Of a DNA stretch of 64,000 nt, positions 1 through 11,479 are shown in pieces. The notes beneath the pieces are model-generated. The model ran no database searches and had not been told where the DNA came from. It saw only the letters and a program-made list of their open reading frames with translations. The DNA comes from Spizellomyces punctatus DAOM BR117 (Eukaryota), in assembly GCA_000182565.2 (NCBI GenBank), contig KQ257454.1. The stretch is one strand, 5' to 3'. How positions within the stretch are numbered: position 1 is the first letter of the stretch; each line of letters begins with the position of its first letter. The position numbers and the translations under genes were made by a program.

Positions 1-1202
1 GCGGGAAAGGAAATGGACGAGACTAAGGCTGCTGCTAAAATTGGCGGTAAAGACGGCCTAGAAATGGCAGAAGCGAGATTCAAGTTGCCAACATGTCACG
101 TAAGCAAGCAAGCGCAGGCATTGGTTGAGCTGGCTCACCAAACCCTTGAGAGTGTTGCGACTGCCGATGACAGCAGGTGTGACTGGTGGTTGTTCAATTG
201 AACGCTTGTTTGTTGACCAGTCAACTGATTCTTTGATTATAGCAAAATCGAAGCCTTTTACTGTGCCCGAGATATTTTTGACTGCTACCGCGCGGTCATA
301 CCGGTCCATCATGCTGATTCACTGGAGAATATCCCCGGACGAACAATGCTGTTCTATAATGATTGCGAGTATATATGCTTTCATCTTCTCGCGATGGGGT
401 ACAAGTATAGCACACTTCTTCCGTATCCCTTGAAACAAATGGGAACGTTTCTGGACATGGTGCCAAGTTATCGCAAGTTGGGCGAAGGTTATTTTAGAAA
501 CCAATTGGTAGGGTGCACAACTTCTGCACAAATGGATCCTGGTTTTTATCCTTTTTCGTTGTGTTGTAGCGCAAACAGCGAGACGACCTCTTGGCTCGAT
601 TGGCCGAAGCGGGTGGCTTTGGGAGTCTTTCGGACGATATGCGCTGCGAGCAGGTTGAGAAGGCGATCAAAGCAGCGCTTTATCATTTGAATGGACTAGT
701 AAAAGCATGGAAGGTATGTCGTTTGTCAGAAATCGGTTCTGAGTGCGCGATTTAATGGGTAAGTAACACATATTTTAGCCGATTATGCCACTTGAGATAT
801 ATCTGAAGTCTATGGGCATTCTGGTGGACGTCATAATATCGGCGATATTGAATGATGTCGCGGAACGTTCGACCTGGACGAAGCAGGAAGGGCACCAACT
901 GCGGTATCTTATGTCACTGATAGACAAGACCGAAGCCCACTTTCATCGTGTATCCGGAGTTGGTAAAAACAAAGAGATAGAGAGAGTAAGCGTCATCGTG
1001 CAAGCCCTTTTCTTTTCATACTCCTGGTCCTAACCGAATATTCCAAAAGGCACCCATTCCGAAATATTCAAATCTATGGGAAGTTTATCGCGATATCACA
1101 GATATGTTGGAAGCTGCTTCACCCGAAGCTGTGTTAGAACGGATACGAAATACACTTGAGACGGTGGGCGGAAAGGACAACAATCAGGGACGTTTGCGAT
1201 AA
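1..1202 (+). CDS. ZW10: ZW10/Dsl1-family kinetochore/NRZ tethering protein, 3' portion (5' end outside window), multi-exon
   Basis: Spliced translation ..FKLPTCHVSKQAQALVEL..ARDIFDCYRAVIPVHHADSLENIPGRTMLFYNDCEYICFHL..TFLDMVPSYRKLG..KAIKAALYHLNGLVKAWK|PIMPLEIYLKSMGILVD resembles the ZW10 C-terminal region. GT-AG introns; stop TAA at 1200-1202. Confidence 0.8.
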
Positions 1203-1269
1203 CTGCAAGCTCGCTCCGCGTGACAATACAATATATTAATTCACTTGCAACTCGGCCCATAAACATATT

Positions 1270-1687
1270 TTACTTCCGCTTTTTGCCCTTCTTTGTGCCA
1301 TCAGCCTGTGGCGGCTTCGCTTTCCCTGTCAAGACTGGACGTACTGGATGAGAAAACAGCCAGGCCAGCAGTGTGCTCTGAATTACTCAACTTACCAGAC
1401 ACCCTTGGAGGTTTGCCCCTCTTTGTCATCTCCTCCTCCCTGGCAACCTTCATCTGCTGCCACACATCCACCAATTGCAATGTTCCTAACGAAGGATCCT
1501 GAGAGGCCAATTTGGTTGAGTCGACTCCAGGTGGATAATGCGTCAAGAGCTTTTGGCGGCGGGAGGTTATTGAGGGTGTAATAGGTCGGAGGAGCTCGAC
1601 ACCAGTACTCGCTTTATGGATCGCAGAGCGAAGGGTTTGTAGCGTTCCCAATCGGGAGGAAGGTGGTGGGAGTGGAATGGGAGCCAT
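1270..1687 (-). CDS. RSM27: Mitochondrial small ribosomal subunit protein mS33 (Rsm27-like), 2 exons
   Basis: Basic ~115 aa protein with ..HYPP..VDVWQQMKVAREEEMTKRGKPPRVSG|KAKPPQADGTKKGKKRK*. Lys-rich tail typical of mS33. Intron gtaag..cag. Confidence 0.65.
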
Positions 1688-1888
1688 GATTATTGTTAAT
1701 CTAAGATAAGATCAACGACTTTATATATATCTTTGGTGCACTCTCTGCATGCAATGGACCGATCACGGCCTACGCTGGCAAACATGCTCAACGTCGATCT
1801 CAATTGGAATTTTGCTGCACTCCAACCGGTGGCGTAGCACGATCAGTGTGGCGCAGTGGGCGAATATCGCAAGGCCGCCATATCTTTC

Positions 1889-2351
1889 ATGGCTGACATT
1901 GCCAGCATTGAGAGCGACGAAGGCGCAACTATAACCGTTTGCGCAGCTCATCAGTATGAGTGTTGTCCCTTTTGTTGTCTCGACTTTTTCGATGTCAACA
2001 ATGAGGCTCGAAACGCCGTTCGGATGAGCAAGGCAGTTCGACCTCCCTCGTCATCTCTAGGAGACGGTCGTCTCCGAACTGGCAAGGAGGTCCGCATGCT
2101 GGACAGGTCTGGGACGACACCACCAAACCATTTGGACGGACGGATAACTGGCATCATGATTGAAAAAGACGAGGAGAGCGATTTTGAGGGTCTCCTCTGC
2201 TACGTGATCGAATATAATGGTTCCGACAAGATGACGTACCCAGTAGACTGGGTTCATGAAGAGTGGATGGTCAATGCACAAGGGTAAGTACGTCCCTGCA
2301 TACAAGTATGTCAAGATGTTATCCGATGAGCAAGATTCGGATGAGGAGTGA
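1889..2351 (+). CDS. Small hypothetical protein with N-terminal CxxH-x3-C-x2-C..DF putative Zn site and an SH3/Tudor-like C-terminal part; apparent +1 frameshift at ~2283
   Basis: MADIASIESDEGATITVCAAHQYECCPFCCLDF..TYPVDWVHEEWMVNAQG* (stop 2285-2287). The +1 frame continues KYVPAYKYVKMLSDEQDSDEE* to 2351. Confidence 0.6.
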
Positions 2352-2469
2352 AATTCCACTTGGAGAGAATCAACAGCAAGTAGATGAATCCACTGGTGAA
2401 TTAGGAATGATGTAAAAATAGATCTTTCTGCTTCCCCATAGCAAAATACGTATATACACGGTGAATATT

Positions 2470-4562
2470 CTAGCCAATTGATCCAGGTGCCATCAAAAAC
2501 TTATGCTTGATCAATAATCGCTCAATTCCATCAAGGCCTCTCACAAGCTGATCCATGGGAGGCCCAAAACTTAATCGAATGTAGTAATGGAAAGGGCTGT
2601 CAAAAAGCTCACGTCGGCGGCCTGGATTTATATCAAAGAAGATGCCCTGTAAAACATGGGAGAACGAGAACAACATATTTAGATGAGAAGACGGCTCTCA
2701 TGTCTTTCAGACATGGAAACAGGGCAACGAATTACCGGAACCACAATGACTTTCTCGTCCAATGCTTCTTCAAAGAAGGCGAGTCCATTGTTCAGGGGCT
2801 ACAGTGATGGAGGCTAGCTTAATAAAGCGGAATGATTTCACGTAAACCGTCTCCTACTCACCTCCGGCAGTGGGCGCAAATCCAGCCATATATAAAAGGT
2901 TGCCTTCGGCGGGTTAATAACTGGCAAATTCATCTGTGATAATCGTCCAATCACATAGTTCCGCTTGGCGAGGAAATGTCTCTGCAGCGCTTTGGCATCT
3001 GAAAGTACACGTTCGGGCTCCAAAAGGGGAATGGCCGCTTGTTGAAGTACATGATTCGCCCCTCCATCCATGAACGATCCAGCAGATGACAAGGACGAGA
3101 TAACGTCTTGCGGTCCAATTACCCAGCATACTCGCCAACCAGGAAGTCGAAAGTTTTTGGTGAGACCATCCACCCTGCGAAGAAATAAGATGAGCTCCTA
3201 TCCCTGCCCACATCATGGTATTCCTCGCGTACATAATTACGGGATCTTTGTTCACATCCTCAATGTGTTCCGCAGCGGACACTGTTCGTCCAAAATTTTC
3301 TGGACCGTTGGTGTAAATGTAATGGCTGTAAAACTGAATGGCAGTGGCAGAAGTGTCAAATCTTGTGGACAGGTTTCCTCCAAGGGTACATGATGACCCA
3401 CCTCATCCAGCACTAATGTAGTGTGATGTTCTTTTGCTATCCGAATCCATTCTTTCATCTCATCTCCCTCAACCAGCTGTCCAGTGGGGTTTGCAGGATT
3501 GCTGCAGACGATGACGCCTAGGCCACGATCTGCTACCTCCTGGCGTAAAAACTCGGGAGACACATGGAATCCAGTCTCAGGATGAAGGGGTGTCGGGATA
3601 GGTACAAATCGCTTGAATATCTTGCAAAATCATGAGGCTTCAAACAAGCATAGTCACATGCATAACACTACTCTTACCCCTAAAAGTTGCTCATATGCAG
3701 TGTACTCTGGCAGGAAAAAACCGACATTCGCGTCCCCAATCACGCCCGCAATTCTTGTCAAACCCGCTCGTCCTCCGGGAACAATGCACACGTTTTCGTG
3801 AGTATATTTGGATTGTTTTCCTTGTCGATAACGGACGTTGTAGAGGTTTGCGACGGCCTCTCTTAAGGATCTGACCCCAGACACGGGTGCATCTGGCAGA
3901 GGAGAAGTCAAGTGAATCAGTTTTCCTGATGGTCAGTGATGCTAAAATAACTCACATTCGAATTCCTCCTCCTTGAGATGCAATTGCATTGGTTTCTCTG
4001 GCGCATTTTCAATATGACCGACCTCGGGCGCTCCCTAATAAATTAAATGAGAGGTTTTGCCTTGTAGGACCACAGCAGCCAAAGTCGCACCTGCCCAAAG
4101 TTTCCCCAAGTTTTATCTTCAGATGACCAGCCTTTCTTGGATGCCCTTCAGAAAGCTCGTTGATATCAAGAAAGCCCGGTCGTAATCAGATTGAAATGGC
4201 CGTAAATACCTGTCCATCACATAAATTACACCAGTGTTTGACGGATGCTAAGTGAATGCGTCCATGTAAGTCGTATCTCATAGAGATCTAAGAAGCATAC
4301 AGAGTAAGTCCTACCTCTATAGTCGGAGTCGAATTCAGCCGATTAGATCCGCCGCCATGCACATTACCCTTATATTCTCTCAAAACCTGATGTGCTTCAG
4401 AGTCCTTTTCAGAGCCGCGAATTTGGCGGATAACTGCATTGACTGCGTTCTGTACAGTCATTTTATGCTAGATGTAAAAAGGCCGTATGAGTACGACATT
4501 GCTAGGATTTCAATGAAATGAGAGCGTACTTGATGCATCTCTTGTGAAGGTTGTTCAGGCAT
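2470..4562 (-). CDS. PLP-dependent aminotransferase class I/II (aspartate aminotransferase-like), multi-exon
   Basis: Motifs WGNFGQGAPE, YAPVSGVRSLREAVA, SNPANPTG, LVLDE, DGLTKNFRLPGWRV (PLP lysine), PKATFYIW, RLSFGP. All introns inspected are GT-AG. Start MPEQPSQEMHQ inferred. Confidence 0.9.
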
Positions 4563-4650
4563 TATGAACGTTGGTAGCTACTGGCAGTCTGCAAGTCGCA
4601 AGGTCAGGAAGTCGATTGGGTACGAATTTAAGTAAGTTCGATCATCGAAG

Positions 4651-4662
4651 CATGACGTCATG
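4651..4662. promoter_or_regulatory. 12-bp palindrome CATGACGTCATG containing a CRE (ATF/CREB-type bZIP site)
   Basis: Perfect palindrome ~90 nt upstream of the aminotransferase ATG (4562). Confidence 0.4.
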
Positions 4663-4783
4663 ACTGGAAATCGCAACTGAAAGCCACGGTCATTTGCTCT
4701 GGCTAGAGGCTACTGATTTCTTGCCTGTATTTGAATCGAACAAAGAGTTGGGAAAGGGCAGCGCAGGATGTGCAAGCTGTTGA

Positions 4784-4813
4784 ACATGATGTTCACACAT
4801 GATGTTCACACAT
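4784..4813. repeat. 13-bp tandem duplication (acatgatgttcac x2 plus partial)
   Basis: Read directly from the sequence. Confidence 0.8.
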
Positions 4814-6248
4814 ATTCGAAAGGCTTTAAGCATTACAAGAATGCCCCTTTGCGGAAATTGCCAGCATCAGTAGGTTACAAGCATCCGGAAGGCCAAATCT
4901 CTGACGGACTCATATACACAGACACACGCACACATAAAAACTAGCATAACATGCGATATCTTTGCATTCTACTCAGTGTTTTATAATATAACCAGAAAGA
5001 ACTTCCGCGTTGCACTAGAAGAATGTACTCCATTTTTTCTGTCCATACGTCACTGGCTATAGAAGCATCCCCGCCATCATCCACCATGCCGCTTGAACGA
5101 TTATAGGAGAGCTTTCGAAATGGTACTGAGGCGATGATAGGGAATTCCTCCAAGACCTCGTTGATGAAGCATCCTAACAGTGCAAACTCACTCTGGAAGT
5201 GTACACCGGTACCAGAAAGACCTCGAATCCTGGGTAATCGAGGGACTTACCTTACGGCAGTGTCATAGAACATATTCGTACCGACCCACTCATGAAAGTA
5301 ACGTTATGTTCATCTATCCGTCGACATCATTCATCCCATCTGTCATGCTGTATAATGGGTATGAAAACGATACTCATACATGCATCGCCATGACCACCCA
5401 TCCGATAAATGCAGTTAAATATGACCTCTTTAGGCCACCGTCAAATGTTCATGCCCAGATAAGATTACTCGTTGTATCGAATGCTCGCGACGTACCCAGA
5501 TGTATTCGACGCCATGATGTTAATCAAATTTGCTATCCCGCTTGCAATTGTTAATACCTGACTCGACCACCGTTGATGTCAAAGATAAATAGACGCTTGT
5601 GGGATGCATCTGCTGAACCTTGGTCTGACATACCTTGTGTAAACGCACGAATCCATCATATTGCAACATGAAAGGGTGTATACTTCATTACTGCCACCAA
5701 CAAGGGATCCGATGACGTTCCTGTACCGATGCTCCAAAGACCTTGAGTGTATCCGACATTTTTACTTATCGCCCGATATCAGTGTAAATATTCACATCAT
5801 TGTAAAAAAGTATTCTAAACGGGTAACGAATGCACCGCATCTTAGCCTGCTTGAATAAGTAAGTTGAAATGCCCATCAGGTCGTTTGGCATCAGATTCCG
5901 GATTCAAAACGTTGGGTCCGATTCCATATTGTTTCATTGAACCAGTACATGCTAGTGTTGACCAAGCCTTTCATACTGCAGTATAATAAGTAGGTATCCG
6001 TACCTACTGCTACATGCTGTTACACCAATAGTTCGAGAGGAGAACTATAGTTTTGAGTCCTTGTCGACAAAATTTTGGTGGCCTATTTCAATAAATGTAC
6101 AGGTATGTAATAAGTATCGCTAACTCGAATGTAAGTAGGAGTTATCATGAAGGTTGCTTCGTGTGTCACGTGGCTACCCAAAGGTAAGCTCATCGCATTC
6201 CTGGGCTTCACTGCCCAGATCAAGTGATCTGGATAGTGACCGTCTTCA

Positions 6249-8730
6249 ATGTCGTCGCCGAAATTCGCGGTTCCAGGGCTACCGGCTTCCAAAGTTACAG
6301 CAGAGGCGGGTATTTCATCAGTTCATGAAACGGCAATCGAATCAGAGAATGCCACCAAGGAGGAAGCTACCGACGACTTTGTAAACCCGGGTTTGCCTGC
6401 GTCCAAGCTCACCGAGAACTCAACGGAGAATGCCAGAGTGCAGAAAAAGGGGGAAGCTGCACCTCAAACTATTGAGAGAGCACCGCAATCTCGTCCTGAA
6501 GCGCCGCCCTTGAACTACGAGCCACCGGAATGGTCTGCAGCACCGAAGGAGGAGCGATATTTTGAGGTGCGAACGGGCTTGTAGATTGTAATAATGAATG
6601 ACTTTCTCACTACCTTCGGGATTTAGGTCTTGAAGGGTGGACAAATCATACACCGAACTCCATCAATATCGAAGCCCATGCTCGTTGTTGGTAAGTTTGC
6701 AACTATTTATTATATGATGTACTTGTCCTTCAACGATTGGCTAGGTCGTCTACCCATTTGCGATATCGAGTTGGAGCATGCGGTATGGTTCGTTCTTAAG
6801 GTCGCATTATTAAAGAAGGTTAGGCGGATTCCGCTGATTACTATATTGTGTCTAGAGCATATCACGATACCACGCGGTGATTCAGTTCAAAGGAGATGGT
6901 GAGTATGGAAAACTTTACTTCACCAGATGACTAATGGGAATAACATCTTGGAGGACAGGCACGGCATATGTTTATGACTTGGGGAGCACCCATGGAACGT
7001 TTTTAAACAAAGTGAGCAGGCTGTCCATCCGAGCAGATCGTAGAATTGTATCTCATCTATGATGAATTGTGACTTCGTAGAGCGAACTTCCGAAGGGCTC
7101 TTATCAACGTCTACGGGTGGGAGGTATATGTTCGGGTGATGGTTGCTATTCTCTGAGGTTTGCTTACGCGGTGATTGCCAGATATGTTACGGTTTGGAGC
7201 AAGTACACGCATATACATATTCCAAGGAGAGGGAGAGCAAGTGGAAGAAATAAAACGTGCCCCCGTGCCACGTAAGCAGCTAGCACAAGCGGAAAGCACT
7301 GGCGTGACATGGTACGCCCCGCTTTGGACTGCTCGGTAACACTGCATTGCCTGACCCACTTTTTGCAGGGGGTTCGGAGAAGATGCCTCAGAAGAAGACC
7401 AACCAGTCGAATATGATTTGCCAGAGAATGATAATACGGCTGTCGATGAAAACGCATATTACTACGCCGATCCAAGAAAGGCTTTGCGTTTATGGTTGGA
7501 AGCACGTGGTTATGATATGGAATTCCGGGTCGAGGAGGAAGGGCATGGACGAGACCGGGGCTACGTTGCTAGAATCGAACTACCAGTTGAAGTGGGATAT
7601 GGGGCTGCGCTTCAGGGTGTGGGGCACGGACGTCGGAAGAAGGAGGCGGAGAACGATGCGGCTTTGGATGCCTGTATCAAGCTGGATAAGCGGGGAGTTT
7701 TGCGGTCGAATAGGGCGGAGCAGGCTGAAGCAGGTACGTTTCTTTAGTCTTGAAACAGGTATTGGCAAAACTCGGGTCTCAAGCACCCGGACACTTTAGA
7801 AAGAAATCGTATGAAAGCGCTTCTCGGGGATGAGGACGAGTCAGAGGATTCATTTTATGATCGAACCAAACGCAGTGAGTCCAGTCATGCTAAGTTGTGC
7901 ACTTTGTGCGACGCTCATGTATGCCCACTACAATAAGCGGGAAAATCGAAAACGTTACCAAAGAAAAGTGCACCTGCCAAAGCCGAAACTTACGAATCTC
8001 TCCTCAAGAAGCGAGATGCTGTACTCGCTGACATTGCAGATATTCAACGACAGGTGGAGGCAGACGCGGAATCCAAAGCTGATGGAGACGCAGACCAAGA
8101 CGAGCTTGATCAAGTTATGCTTGCCTTGCACAGCAAAGAAGCATCACAAGCTAAAGAGACTTTGAAGAGAAAGATCCCACCTTTGCAAAAGGTTGGATGG
8201 CAACTATGTCTTCTGGCTTGTGATGCAATCTGCTAATTCTGGTCATATGAGAATAGGAAGTTGAACGGTTGAACAAGTTGATTAAACTGGTTGCGCCAAC
8301 TTCAATTAGCTTACCGGCACCTCCGCCTGCAGCGACACAAAGTACCCAACCTGCGGACGCAAAAAGGACGAAGCCATTGCCTGGACCCTCACCAATATCT
8401 CAACCCCCAGCTGTGCAACAGATGCCTCCATCATCACAGGAACACAAAACCACGGATGATGACGAGGACATTCCGTCTCCAAAGTACGGTCTAGTGATAC
8501 CACAACCACCACTCACGGGCAATGGTAAAAGGAAAGAACCAGACAGTACGTCAAATGGAAAACCAGAACGAGATCCGACGAAACGACGAAGGGTTTATGG
8601 CGTGTTAACTCAAGCGCAGGTTGAAGAACATGAACAGGTGGAAAAGGAGGAGGCTGTGGATTGGATCGCGCCGGGGGGAAACGTTACAGATGCTGATGTT
8701 GCAAAGTCTAACGCGGCTTATGGGTATTGA
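6249..8730 (+). CDS. SLC4A1AP: Kanadaptin-like protein (FHA domain, dsRBD-like domain, coiled coil), multi-exon
   Basis: YEPPEWS..FEVLKGG..GRLPICDIELEHASISRYHAVIQF..YDLGSTHGTFLN..DMLRFGASTRIY (FHA). DPRKALRLWLEARGY..KKEAENDAALDACIKLD. DSFYDRT. C-terminal W(I)AP..NAAYGY*. Confidence 0.85.
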
Positions 8731-9203
8731 AAAGTCATTGTTCTATATAAAGAAATGTGCATAGTTCGCAGGACGTGGATTTACTCCAATACGTATCCTC
8801 TGCCTTTGCTGGTTCTCACGTATTTCTGGATTAGCAAGTCAATCCTCGACTTTCTAACCCTATGCAAAACCAGGCTTGCTCCTAACCCACGCGCTACAAT
8901 CGTTGAATGTATACAGAACCGCGGCCTTGTAGAGACTATTTGCTGCACAGCAGATTTCTGAGCCATACCATGGCCTCTACCAAATCAATGCAGGTACACA
9001 GCATGTATTGCGGGGATAGGTTTGTTGCGATAAGTGAAAAGACGGGCCAGCAGGAGATACTGTCGTCAATTATAAAATCATAACTGCGATCAAGCCAGTG
9101 ACTACATTCTCTCTTCTTTAACTGCTTTTACTGATCGCCCACATCGATTGTCAAATGTAATAATGTACTACTGGTGATGTGATGGGCCGCGTTTAGTACC
9201 TGA

Positions 9204-10262
9204 CTAGTAGTAGCGGGCGTGGTGCATCCACGCCAGGTACGTTGACGTATTTATTTAATGATTGATGTGGGGGATAAAGGTTAAAGAAGAAGAGAAGGAG
9301 CAGGGAGAGAGATGCGCATCCGGTAGGCAGCGTTCCCCGATTATCTTCCTCCTCACCGTAGCCCTCCTGTATATATGCGCGGATTCTTCCCTTAGTAGCG
9401 CATTAGCTTCGATGGACCGTACATTACAGCTAGATCAAGTCACCTATATGCATTGCCCGCACATACACCGTCTTCCTATGCGAGGCACCGGCAAGGAGAC
9501 TCCGAAATCCGCTCAAGAGTCTCCAGGATGTATCGTGCCTCGTCATCCCCGGCATTTGTGCTGCAGCAACTCGGACATGTGCTTTTATACCACTCATGTG
9601 GCTAATGAGCATGACGCGAGACTGGAGGTTGATGCAGGATGTCGGCTAGTTCTCTCGCGTGTGGAATCATAACGTCTTCGGTTTTCCTATCGAACCCGAT
9701 GTACAAAACATCGGTACTTTGAGAGCGGGAAAACACCATCGGGGAGCCACTAAACATCGTTACTTTACTCGTCTGCCCAGAACATGGGTACATTCGCGCG
9801 AAGACCGACCTGCCGCCGTAGACTTTGTTCGGTCCTTGTACGGATTATAGCCGCTCCTGCCGAGTCCCGTATACATATATTCGATACGTTGTTGGGGAAC
9901 GGTGCGTCAATTGATACTATTGCAGCGCCTGCTTTGAGAATAACCAACTATGCGATGGGGAAATACAGGCATCAGCTCATAATAACAGCTACGCGACATC
10001 CTGTTAAACCGTGGGTTCAAGATCCAAAGCGGTGCTCTAACTCGCTATACGTCAACATATGCTCACCATCTTCCACGGCATGCCTCTCGAGACATTTCTT
10101 GGGCGTTCGAACAAATGACGGAGGCGCCTAGTTTTCTGATCAATCGGTTGCCGGAAGCCGCAACCCTGGAAGGATATCTGAATGCTGGAAATCAAACCTA
10201 AGAAGAACGCTATATAATCATTGTAAAGAATCTGTGCAAATAATAATGTTATACTTATTAGA
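9204..10262 (-). mobile_element. Candidate non-autonomous Helitron (~1.06 kb)
   Basis: Minus-strand 3' end: hairpin GGCGTGG-atgca-CCACGCC, 8 nt spacer, then CTAG followed by host T. Best candidate 5' end is A|TCTAATAAGTATAAC (AT-rich) at 10262. No TSD; A/T target. The 5' end is tentative. Confidence 0.45.
9412..10202 (+). pseudogene. Degraded, frameshifted gene fragment with weak F-box-like and ankyrin-like segments
   Basis: Pieces in different frames: FLCEAPARRLRNPLKSL / SRVSRMYRASSSPAF, AAPAESRIHIFDTLLGNGASID, RDILLNRG. TATA-like gtatatat at ~9369. Confidence 0.3.
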
Positions 10263-11479
10263 TAATATACATAACAATATACGGCATCGAGCTTCTTTAT
10301 TTCTTTTCCTTCCTACTCTAAATCAATGATGCCTCTTTTACTTCTTTTTAACATCATTAGCATACCTATATCTATTACTCGTTGTCTCGTATGAAACACA
10401 CCGTAATCGGAATAGATTATACAAGAATCAAGGGAGCTTTCATTCGCTACCCAGTTAAAGATTTACCAGTCATCGAAGGTGGACGGCTTTTGGTTGTCAT
10501 TTGAGTGGTGTTCGATGAGTTGCAAAGTCGTCTAAACAAATTCCTCAAGTAATCAAGACGTGATACGTATCTCTATATCTCAGCGATGCGGCATATTGCG
10601 CCTGGTCAATCCAAGACCATTATGCGCAACAGGTGGTAGATAGGTTGGGACTCAGGAGTGGAGATCGACCGACGCACGTCTGGGACCCAGGTTGAGGTGC
10701 CCATCGACACCAGCTGAATAGGACTGCGTACGATGGAAAGTAACACTCGACAAGTGGGGTGCTGGCGTCTTAAATCCCTCTGCAGGGGACAGTAGGGCTA
10801 TTACAATAACAAAATAGTATTCAGACTCTAGAGCACATCTTGAAGGTGGGCGGTTAGTCATCAACTGTTCAACTTGACAGGTGGAATGCAGACTCCAACG
10901 TCCGCGACAACGGTGAACCTGCTGTCGCACTAGTCAAGACGGCATTTATGCAACCCGATGCCCAACATCATAACCGGCGACATCACTAGAGCGCGGATGT
11001 TAGCAGAAGTACAGATGGTTTCCCCCAAAGTTGTCGGATGGAGACAGAGATGGCACCCTCCGAACTCATTAAAGCGATGTCATGTATGACCTTGGATTTC
11101 TCTGAGTTGCTTTAAAATTCAATGTCGCCCATCCGGTGCATGCTGAAAGTTGCAATGAATGAATCATTCTGCGACCGTGTTCTGTTGGCCTGTATGTGCG
11201 CACCAAAAAACAGCAAATTGAGGTCCCGGCCGGGGAGTTATGTAAAGCCTTGTTGTGCCTCATCTTTATTGCATCCGGCATACACCATCACTGTTCAGGT
11301 CAATTTCCCCAAATCCCCGTTGCATACATTTCTGCGAATATGTATTAGTCTGCAAAAGGGAACGGCAGCGTTTGGCCACCGACATCTGAATGTGTACGCA
11401 AAGTGCTTTCGCACTCCCGATCCCCAGTCCAGCTCAGACTCAGTCACATTTGGGGAGTTGTCTTTGAACGTCAAGGCTC

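Noticed and set aside
4941-5900. Minus-strand hydrophobic ORF pieces with splice-like signals (e.g. VLTIASGIANLINIM, YLTAFIGWVVMAM)
   Set aside because: I could not build a consistent gene model or recognise a family. It may be a decayed membrane-protein gene.
5990-6007. Hairpin GTAGGTA-tccg-TACCTAC as a Helitron end
   Set aside because: No CTRR at a suitable distance on either strand.
10903-10934. gcgaca..tgtcgc stem followed by actagt as a second Helitron 3' end
   Set aside because: 13-nt loop and only a 1-nt spacer before CTAG; non-canonical.
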